This document shows, piece by piece, positions 11,665-20,644 of a DNA stretch of 20,644 nucleotides (its first letter is position 1; every line of letters starts with the position of its first letter). The position numbers and the translations under genes were made by a program. The notes under the pieces were generated by a model that saw only the letters and a list, made by a program, of their open reading frames with translations, was not told the origin of the DNA and did not search any database. This stretch comes from Paraphysomonas bandaiensis (taxonomy: Eukaryota > Protista > Chrysophyceae): assembly GCA_965644295.1 (NCBI GenBank), contig CBFFRP010000332.1, forward strand, positions 1-20,644, in the 5' to 3' direction.

Positions 11665-12807
11665 TTTTTGTTACTAATTATCGAGTTCCACTTGTGAAAG
11701 CATTACAGCAAGTGTATATCCGTATTCATGGGGCACATTTACAGATATCGACTGTTTGTGTTTGTAATAATTTGATTGCTCTATTAGTTTTACACAACTA
11801 TGTACACGCTTTTATGACTACAACAACATGGAATAACTAAATAGCAGCGCATACTAGTACCTCTTTATCGTGTGTGCATGTCGGCACATGTGCGGCGGCT
11901 ATGTACTGCATATTTGAACATTGTTAACGTGTTTCTTCTGAAACAACTAAATTAGAAAATAAATCATATCACCCTGAGAGATGGTGTTAACTACGTAGTA
12001 TTAGCATTGCTGCCAGAGATACGTTTTTGTTTCTAAAGACAGGGTGCTAAGAAATTCCAAGCAGTGCCAAGTGTCAGATGCTTCATTGCTGTCATGTGAA
12101 CAGCATGGAAAAAGGAAACATCTCGAAATTTTTGACATTGCTTGTGATTTGTCTGTGCCACTTCTTGCATTTGAACCGCCTGTCCAATTATTAGAAATCT
12201 GTGCGTGAATGGTGTTTCTGTCACCGTCCTCTCTCATATTGCATCGTACAATCGCATATACGACACAGAACAAGGTGAATGTACATCATCGAAGATGCTT
12301 GTCCTCTGATAGGGCCGTGGCTTTCACTCAGACCAGGTTCACCAGGACTGTCAGATCGCTGATTATATTGTCACAAGAAAAGAGCTCTTGACAGCAAACT
12401 GATTTGTATAAATCCATCTCCAGTTATGTAGAGCAGTTGTTTGGTCGAGATTCATGTCAGTATGATCCACAATGTTCACTGTTTCTTATCACCTTAAGAT
12501 ACGTTCATGTCCTCATCCATGTGGACCAGATCCGAAATATGATATATACGAGTACGAGTAGTGGTACATTAGTACGTTAGTACAGCGGTATCAACCAACA
12601 ATGCGAGCGACAGTAGTACTACAGTACATATACAGCAGTACATGTCAAACGAGTACCTGATCATCACTTCGTATCCACTTTCTTGCTGTGCTATCCTGCT
12701 GCCTCACCTGGCTGGAAGCAACCATCACACCACAAGAAGCAGCGTGTACACTAGGCATCAGTGTACAATCGTATAACAAAGCCGTGTATCGAATAAGTTA
12801 ACGGGAC

Positions 12808-15734
12808 ATGGCGGCTATTAATGAAACGGAACAGATGCGGTGAGTGGAGGAGTGGATATATATATGTATTGACCGCTCCGCTCTTATGACTCTGTGAATA
12901 GGACTGTCGAGCAATCCGTGACGAAGGTAAAGGAACAAGCATTTTTTATGAAGCGAGCCATGGTACTTCGACAGCACTGTGTGGTGAATGGTATGATGTA
13001 ATTGTCTGTGTACAGGATGGGGATAACGTGAAGCTCGCACTAGACCACGCGACTGAAATGCTCAGAGAGTTACGTACAAACCAACTGGCCCCCAAGCATT
13101 ATTATGAGCTTTATATGAAAGTTCTAGATGAGATGAGAGAAATGGAAGAATACTTTTCAACTCTGCAGCGAAATGGACACAAGATTCAAGAGCTATATGA
13201 AAAAGTTCAATCGTGTTCCCAGGTACTTCCCCGCCTGTATTTACTCTGCTGTGTGGGTGGGGTCTATATTGACTCCCAGGAAATTCCTGCAAAGGATATT
13301 CTGAAGGATTTAGTGGACATGATCAAAGGGGTACAGAACCCGATGCGTGGACTCTTTCTCCGCAACTACCTTAGCCATGTGACCAAAAAGCGTCTGCCTG
13401 ATACAGGTTCCGCTTTCGAAGGGGTCGGTGGAAATGTACAAGATGCCTATAATTTTGTCCTCCAAAATTTTGAACAAGCCAATCGCCTCTGGGTGCGACT
13501 GCAAAACCAGGGGGCAAAAGAAGACCGTAAAAAGCGCGAAAAAGAACGTCAAGACCTACGCATCCTAGTAGGTACGAATTTGGTTCGACTGAGTGAACTA
13601 GAGGGTTTGGATTTGCAAGAGTATCGAGTAAATGTTCTTCCTAAGATCCTGGAGCAAGTAGTCTTGTGCAAAGATACAATCGCGCAGACATATCTCATGG
13701 ACTGCACTATACAGGTGTTTCCTGACGAATTCCATCTAGCCACTCTTGAACCTTTTTTGCATACATGTGTTAATCTCAAAGAAAAAGTCAATGTACGATC
13801 TATTCTAGAGGCCATGATGGATCGCTTAGCTAACTATGCAGCCAACAACACCGGTCAGATCCCCTCCGAGATTCATGCGTTCAAAATGTTTAACGACTGC
13901 ATTACAACTCTCATTGAAAATCGAACGAATTTGACACTCACAGAAACCTTGCGGCTTCAAACGGCTCTCACTAATTTTTCATTGAAGTGCTACCCCAACA
14001 AGCTCGACTATGTTGCCCACTGTCTGGCTGCTAGTGTGGCACTTATAGAAAAAAGTGACTTTCAAACATCCCTGGCTGCTGAAGGAGAGCATTCGACAAC
14101 GAAGTCCCTTCGTGACACAACAGCACAGATTGAGCAACTACTCTCAGTCCCCCTATCCTCTCTTGCCCTCAAGGTTCTTGATCTTCAGCAATATGCCACT
14201 CTTATGTCTTTCCTTCCGTGGGGAAATTGGAAAGACGTTGCTGTTTCCCTTCTGCGCAGCGTGGTTGCACGGAACGCCCCACTGACAGAAGTGGACCAGG
14301 CGGAACAATTGTTTGCAATCATTACCCCACTTCTGAAGGACCCCGACGGAACCACAAGAGAAGCTGATGAGGACGGCACGGAGCCACCAGTTGATGACCA
14401 ATTTAAGGAAGAACAAGTGCTTGTCGCCAAAGTTGTGCATTTAATGCAGAATGATGATACCGATGTACTGCTTCGCATATATGTGGCAGCACGTTCCAAA
14501 TTCATTAACGGTGGCGCTCAGCGCATTCAATTCACTCTCGTCCCTCTCGTATTTGCCGCATTGTCCTTGGCGAAGAGGGTACTTGCAAAAGAGAAAGCGG
14601 CTGAAACGGAACAGGACGTCGCCCCTCAGTACAGTTCCCGAAAGGTGTTCCAATTTGTTATCGAGATTGTGACCGCCATGGCCACTTCTCATCCAGAAAT
14701 TTCAATGAAGCTTTTTCTTCAAGCGGCACAGGTATCATGATAAACTGACTATTTGACAAATATCCGTATACCGTTGATGTGTGTTGTTTTATACTTGCTT
14801 GCATTATCAGGCGGCGGATGCATGCAATTTTTCTGCTATTGCGTATGAGTTCGTAAAAGAAGGATTATTGATTTATGAGTGTGAGATTAGTGAGAGCAAG
14901 TCTCAGGTGCGAGCTCTGACTGCTATCGTTGGGACGCTTTTGAACTGTCGCAACTTTCCCACGGAGGACTATGAGGCATTAATTACCAAAACAGCGCAGG
15001 TACACGGAGTCTTATCCTTCATTATACAGTGTCAATTTAGTTTATTTCTTGTCGTATAGTATGCAAACAAGCTCTTGAAGAAGCCCGATCAGTGTCGCAT
15101 GGTTACTCTATGCTCTCATTTGTTTTGGCCTAAGGACCCACCCATAGTTGCTGATGGTGAAGAAGAGCCAGCTGTACACGGAACTAGATACGCAGATTGC
15201 GACAGGGTGTTGGAGTGCATGCAGCGGTCACTCAAAATTGCATCCGTGTGCAATCCCAATATATTTGTTGAAATCTTGGACAGGTTGGTAATTGTTATAT
15301 ATTGGACTATGTGTTTGTGGTAGTCTGCATATCATATGTTATTCTTATCAGGTAATATGACCTAACGAATTTGACAGATATATTTTCTACTATGAAAACA
15401 ACAACCCTCTTATCCACGTGCGGTACTTGAGCGGTTTAATCGCGCTTATCAACGAACAAATAGGGTCTGAAGACGGAGGACAGGCAATGGGATCAGCAGT
15501 AAAAGCTCACTATCGTAATACCCTTGGTCAGTATGCTTTTCCTTATCTGTATTACTAAATTGTGATGGAAAATAAAGTAGTATCTTACGGTATTGTGTAT
15601 ACCACTGTGGTCTTATTTTGACAAGTTTGTTCACGTGATCTGTTACCTTATCTGCTGTTCCATTGACAGAGTACATTCGTAATCGCCAGAGGTCTCCTGA
15701 AACTAGTGAGAAATTTTCTGCGATTCAGTTGTAG
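12808..15734 (+). CDS. VPS35: Vacuolar protein sorting-associated protein 35 (retromer cargo-recognition subunit), ~811 aa, 7 exons
   Basis: Exons 12808-12839, 12902-12962, 13016-14731, 14811-14999, 15060-15283, 15378-15526, 15670-15734; total 2436 nt. Diagnostic PRLYL motif, plus ELRT..L.PK.YYELY, GVQNPMRGLFLRNYL, LVGTNLVRLS, QVFPDEFHL, LLKKPDQCR, CSHLFW and RVLECMQRSLKIA. Confidence 0.97.
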
Positions 15735-16323
15735 TGGTCTATATTATATCAACTCGAGCCTTTCTGAAAATATCTAAAATACCACGGGATGAATCAAAGA
15801 TTATATAGGTACCTGTGTTGCGTTATTGCATAATAGTGATATGCGCGGGCTAAGTAGTGCATTGCTTCACAGGTTGATTTGTGCATGTGGTATCATGCAT
15901 GGAGTAGATAAATAAGATGCAGCACTGATATGGTATTTGAGCAGGTGCAATCATTTCTGTCTCAACACATTTGTTATACTTGTCTTTCCCATTCCGCCAT
16001 CGATTCAAATTGATTGTTATGTGGGTTTTAAAGTATTATATAGACAACCTCTTGACATATCAGAACTCAAATCGGACGACTCAATCGTTATAATTTTTAT
16101 AGTTTGAGTGGTAAATTAATAAGTTTTCTGCAGCATCGTTCAAATATTTATTTTATTATTGCGTTCACAGCACTAAGCTAATGTAGTCTGTACTAGCATT
16201 GTAAATGACTTAACGCCTAGCAGGCAGTCTCTAACATCTTGTCTTCAAGTGTTACTAAAACCTAAAACGTATGGATCAATGGTAATAGCTATTATTCAAT
16301 ATTATGAAAGCATACACAACATT

Positions 16324-17526
16324 TCAAAAAAGTGACAACAGGAATGTATAACTTCTCCCAACAACATGTAAAGCCCACCTACGCATGCTATTCAAAATTG
16401 TAGTATCAACTAATTCTCCAACACTCCATACACCTTCATACACTTCACCATTGAAATATGTCATACGACCGAAGCCTTCAATACTATTACTACTGAACTG
16501 ACCTTCATAAACAGCACCATCCGTGAACTCCATTCTACCAAAACCGTGTCGCTGATTACTTTGCCACATACCAGTATAAGATTCCGAATTAAAAGTCATT
16601 GTACCATGACCATGAATGTTGTTTTCCACCCACTCTCCTGTGTATACAGCTCCATCGGCAAATTTCATAATACCTATGCCGTGCATTTTATTGCCTTTGA
16701 ACTCTCCTTCGTAGATGGATCCGTCAGTAAGTGTCAGTGTACCATGACCAGATTTCTTGTTGTGATAGTAATTTCCATTAAATACTTTCCCGTCAGGATA
16801 TGTCATAACCCCGTGACCATGCATGCTATCATCTGCCCAATAACCGTCGTACACTTTGCCACTGTAAAAATGCATTGTTCCTTTTCCATGCTTAACTTCG
16901 TCCTGTGCATATTATTATCAAACATCAATGTAATCCTACATTCAAAGAACCTTCCATGAGCCCTCATACATATCACCAGAGGGGTATTTCATCGAGCCTA
17001 ATCCATTGATACGATTGTGTTTGTGCTCGCCATTGTATACGCTGCCGTCAGCAAACTGAATTGTACCACGTCCCTCTCTAGCATTTTGATAAAACTCTCC
17101 AGTATACTTTGTTCCGTCGCTGAACACCATCACTCCATGACCATGCATTTTACTATCCACGAAATCACCCTCGTATATCTTTCCGTTGGCGAACACGTAC
17201 TTACCCTTCCCGGTGACCTTCCCATTGCTGAACTGGCCCTCATACACAGACCCATCAGGATAAGTGTACTTTCCATAATTATGTATTCTGCCCTCTTGAA
17301 CTTCTCCTTCATAAGATGCCCCATCTGCAAACACTAATTTACTGTGTATCCCTGTCTCTGTCTCTGTCTCTGTGTGAGGGTCTGTGGATATATAGGAGTG
17401 TGTATCTCTGCATGTGTCTGTATGGGCGTCATTAGACTGACCCCTCACTGCTGCTGTCGTATAACAGCTCGAGGTGATAATGCATGCAACAATAAGTACA
17501 TGCATATCTGTTACTGACAGATCCAT
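16324..17526 (-). CDS. MORN-repeat protein (~384 aa, 2 exons) with an N-terminal hydrophobic signal-like segment and a hydrophobic C-terminal tail
   Basis: Exons 17526-16951 and 16902-16324, joined by a 48-nt phase-0 GT-AG intron (16950-16903): YEGSWK|DEVKHGKGTMHFYSG. It carries about a dozen 23-aa repeats of type Y-x-G-x-F/W-xx-N/G-xx-H/x-G-x-G-x-M-x-F/Y-x-D-G. Confidence 0.9.
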
Positions 17527-17573
17527 GCATTGCCATCTATGCGTATGGCCGCTTCAAATAGAGGAGAATATGG

Positions 17574-17777
17574 CTGTACCTGTACACCTGTACCTGCGCA
17601 TCTGTCGTACCTGTGCATCTGTTCTATACACTTGTACCTGTGCATCTGTCGTACCTGTGCATCTGTCGTACCTGTGCATCTGGTATACAAGTACTACGAC
17701 AACATTTCTTCTTGTCGTGTGAGCCGATAGCAGATGCACAGGTACAGGTGTATAGGGACAGATGCACAGGTACAGGT
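17574..17777. repeat. Foldback-like array: five direct copies of GTACCTGTGCATCTG followed by two inverted copies
   Basis: Forward units at 17590 (1 mismatch), 17607, 17634, 17651 and 17668. Inverted units CAGATGCACAGGTAC at 17731 and 17759. Confidence 0.9.
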
Positions 17778-18783
17778 AAGATCTCAGTGACACTCACGAG
17801 AGAGTGAGAACAGAACTATCATGACATTCTTCCCACTCAACTCTACTCTCAGCAGCATTCCCAGTACAGGATATATGCTTTGTAGAGCGATAGCAGGTGG
17901 AAGCACTGCATGAGCTGATTAGCTGTTGAATCAGTCGATGGTGTTGAGTCTCCATCACGAAACGAATTACTATCATCCGTTTGAGACGACTATAGCACTG
18001 CGATCCTGATATGGAAGCCAACATGATAGATCATTGTCAACTTTTTTATTATAGTCTACACACTCACAGCCTCTGCTTCTTACAATCCGATTGTTGCAGG
18101 TAGCAGTGTGATTTGCTGGTTAGATTTTGTTGTGACCTAATAACTGTATAACAATATGAGTATGTATGGGTATGGTTGAATATATTGCAGGTGCATATTT
18201 AGCTATAAATTAATGCAATAACCATTATGGAATAATAGTAGATCCACCCTCTACTAAGTCGTAGTAGCACCACGTCGTGGTGTTTCCGGGATAAGTACCA
18301 GAATTTGTTTTCTGAGAAACTAATATGTACCGAATTTGTAGCTAGCATGCACTATTCTCCCCACTCACCACTTGTGTTTCTTTTGTAAATGTATTGGGGC
18401 CTGCAATAAATATGCATCTGGAGTTTAGAGTTGCTTGCATTAGTCGATCATCCGGGATAGCTATAGACTTCTAAATTGAGAAAATATCGCTCAGGCTTAT
18501 TAATTAATATTTTGCTTGAGTTATAGATGCATGAGTTTACATTTATCGGCATCTGCTGGGCCAATGTAATGTGAATACAGTGCTATGTTTTACCATACTC
18601 TACTATCTACTATCTAGTCTTGTTTGCTCCTGACTCAGCTCATTGAGATTATAACAAAGATCTGACACTATTCTTCAAGCAAATTGCATTTGTAATATCT
18701 ACGTCTTCCTCAGTAGGATTTATTTGAGCAAAACTGTGTTAGAATTTATCTTACCTACTTTTGATACATATCCTACCTGACGA

Positions 18784-19479
18784 CAACACCCCGGCCATCA
18801 CCAGTAGTGGCGCCCATACAAACGAGGCCCGGGCGTTGTCGTGACTGAACAGGGTTTGCTGCTCTTGCGGGCCGGGGGCAATCTCACCCCGTTCGGCGGC
18901 GCGCTCGGCTTCGGCCATAGGGCCAAAGTCTAGTTTCTTGAAGGCGATCAGCGGCACTATGGCCACCGCCAGCACGGCATAGAACTGGAACGGAATGGCG
19001 GCAATAAAGGCTTCCCAGTCGGTCAGCGGCAGCGCAAGGGCGGTAAATTCCTTTTGCAGCAGACCCATGATGTACACGCCCCAGCCGATAAAAGGCACCA
19101 TAATCGCCACCGGCGAGGCGGTGGAGTCGATGATGAAGGCCAGTCTCTGGCGCGACAGCGTGAGCTTGTCGAACAGCGGCCGAAATACCGGGCCGACGAT
19201 CAGCGGCGTGCCGAGATCGGAAAAGAAGATGACGATACCACCCAGCCAGGCTGCCACCTGGGCCCGGCACTTGGTGCTGACCCAGTGGGTGACCTTGCGG
19301 GCAAAGGCCTGGCCACCACCGGACTGTTCCATCAGCGCCACAAAGCCGCCGATAAATACCAGCAACACCAGTACGCCGGCGTTATAGCTGTCGGTCAACT
19401 GACCGACCAGATGGTCTTTGACCAGAATGCCGAAGTTGTCGGGCGGGTGCAGCCAGTCGTTCAGCATCACCACGCCACT
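18784..19479 (-). pseudogene. Internal fragment of a bacterial Na+/H+ antiporter NhaC-family (ion transporter superfamily) membrane protein
   Basis: LVFIGGFVALMEQSGGGQAFA, AWLGGIVIFFSDLGTPLIVGPVFRPLFDKL.LSRQ.LAFIIDSTASPVAI..PFIGWGVYI and IPFQFYA...DFGPM are motifs I recognise from NhaC-family transporters. It is truncated at both ends. Confidence 0.85.
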
Positions 19480-19833
19480 GGCGAGTTCCACGCCCAGCTC
19501 GTCGAGGCCCAGGGTTTCAAACGGTGTCTGTTTCGCCTTCATAATATTGGGCAGCGACGCATAGCGCGGTTCGTTCAGCCGCAGATCCGTAGTCACCACC
19601 GCCGGCAGCGTCAGCGCCAGGGTCTGCAGGCCGCCATCCACCTCGCGAGTGACCTGCACTTCGTCGCCCTGTCGCTCGATGCGGGAAGCGAAGGTTTCCT
19701 GCGGCCAGTCGGTGAGCGCGGCCAGCATCTGCCCGACCTGATTGTTGTCGGTGTCGATGGACTGCTTGCCGAGCAACACCAGGCCGGGCTGTTCCCGCTC
19801 AACCAGTTTGGCCAGCAACCTGGCCACCGTGAC
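19471..19833 (-). pseudogene. etfB: Internal/C-proximal fragment of bacterial electron transfer flavoprotein beta subunit (ETF-beta/FixA family); lacks the N-terminal ~95 aa and the last ~35 aa
   Basis: LVLLGKQSIDTDNNQVGQMLAAL..PQ.TFAS...VTREVDGGLQTL.LTLPAVVTTDLRLNEPRYASLPNIMKAK matches the ETF-beta signature. There is no native start or stop. The sizes of the missing parts are estimates from typical ETF-beta length. Confidence 0.92.
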
Positions 19834-20115
19834 ACACACAAGCAGCTTTCGCAGCGTTAGATAATTGGATATCAGAGTTAAGCACTGACTCTTAAACGCC
19901 TATTGCTAATGTAATATCAATATATTGATATCGGCATCATCTAATTCAATCATAAGTCCAATGTTCCTGATAATCTTCTCATTGGAGAATTCAGCCGTTG
20001 GTGGATCATTCTCCTCCAGCCGTAGTGTGTGTGTACAACAATAATGGACTAGAAGCATCGGACAGCCAAACTTATCATTCTTATTTATTCAACAGGATGG
20101 CATCCAATGAACAAA

Positions 20116-20531
20116 TTTGATGATTTAATTCGTCAGTACCCTGGTATAAAATTCACCTGGGTGCAGACGCGGAAATTGTTCAAAATGCAGATTTCGAGAG
20201 AGCAGTAGTCAAAATTCAGCGCGGTAGGGAAGAAGAACTGAACTGCGCTGAAAAGCACAGGTGCGACGCTTTTTTTAAATGATGTACCTTCACACGAAGG
20301 TGAACTTGATGTGAAGAGAAAGATGAGGAGGAGGAAGACGAGGCCATTCGTTTACTTAAAGACAACCAAAAGCGCCGTAAAGCACGCATCAAACTTCCAA
20401 CACGGTATCGTTGCATGAAGAATATTTGTATAGCACTACCAATATTTGTGAGAGGTTGTTTAGAAGAGCTAAGATTGTTATGACTAGATTTTCCTAGACA
20501 CCATGAAATGTTGAATTTTCTGCGTGAAAAT
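20116..20531 (+). mobile_element. Degenerate hAT-like DNA transposase, C-terminal part (dimerisation-domain region), several frameshifts
   Basis: Piecing frames together gives FDDLIRQYPGIK/HLGADAEIVQNADFERAVVKIQRGREEELNCAEK...RRKARIKLPTRYRCMKNIC/STTNICERLFRRAKIVMT/HHEMLNFLREN. This resembles the T-S/T-N-xx-ERLF-x-x-A-x-xxxT...EMLxFLxxN end of hAT-like transposases as I recall them from stramenopile genomes. It is absent from the ORF track. No terminal inverted repeats were identified. Confidence 0.72.
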
Positions 20532-20644
20532 GTTAATATTTCTTTAATATGAGATTATAGTCCAGAAAGTTATTCTAAAATCTATCAGTAAAAGTAAAGG
20601 TAATTAATTGGCAATATGCAATGCAATGCTTGATTAATAATAAC

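Larger units (their letters stand above)
18781..19833 (-). other. GC-rich bacterial-type insert (candidate horizontal transfer or assembly chimera) carrying an in-frame etfB'::'NhaC-family fusion
   Basis: Hand-counted 60-nt lines: 35/60 GC (19021-19080) and 40/60 GC (19621-19680) inside, against 18/60 (18721-18780) and 19/60 (19861-19920) in the flanks. It has no introns and G/C-ending codons, and corresponds to ORF 18751..19839. Confidence 0.9.

Noticed and set aside
12001-12530. Short ORFs between paralog 2 and VPS35
   Set aside because: No recognisable domain, and I could not build a consistent exon chain. A decayed or fast-evolving gene cannot be excluded.
8111-15734. Functional link between the LtrA-like PDZ-type tails and neighbouring VPS35
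   Set aside because: Adjacency in a eukaryote does not imply function, and the PDZ retromer adaptor SNX27 is not known to me from this lineage.
16903-16950. Apparent premature stop splitting the MORN gene into two ORFs (pseudogene or readthrough)
   Set aside because: A 48-nt GT-AG intron removes the stop and restores the repeat register.
17590-17682. CRISPR-like array
   Set aside because: Units are 15 nt with 2-12 nt spacers, there are no unique spacers or cas genes, and the context is eukaryotic.
19054-19860. 268-aa + strand ORF and other overlapping ORFs (18884..19270, 18995..19387, 19611..19841)
   Set aside because: Antisense or off-frame shadows of a GC-rich coding segment, with no recognisable motifs.
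19840-20030. Coding-looking minus-strand stretch (LRLEENDPPTAEFSNEKIIRNIGLMIELDDADINIL) next to the insert, possibly an interrupted pseudogene
   Set aside because: It is short, interrupted by stops, and I cannot assign a family. It needs TBLASTX before any claim.
1-20644. tRNA, rRNA or snoRNA genes
   Set aside because: None recognisable by eye. tRNAscan-SE or Infernal would be needed to exclude small RNAs.

Overview
Intron-rich eukaryotic nuclear DNA, probably from a stramenopile-type protist (the lineage is an inference). The six-frame ORF track fragments most genes, so I rebuilt the exon chains by hand from GT-AG sites and reading phase. Five host genes result: (1) an N-acylated ankyrin-repeat protein on the minus strand, whose 3' end is locally duplicated; (2, 3) two tandem, diverged LtrA-like multi-pass membrane proteins with nearly identical exon architecture but unrelated disordered tails; (4) retromer subunit VPS35; (5) a MORN-repeat protein with an apparent signal peptide and a foldback-like repeat just upstream. 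The most unusual element is at about 18780-19833: a sharply bounded, GC-rich, intronless bacterial-type segment. In it an internal piece of electron transfer flavoprotein beta (etfB) is fused in frame to an internal piece of an NhaC-family Na+/H+ antiporter-like transporter. It lies in AT-rich DNA about 280 bp from a frameshifted hAT-like transposase remnant. It is either a rearranged, decaying horizontal transfer or an assembly chimera, and reads are needed to decide.
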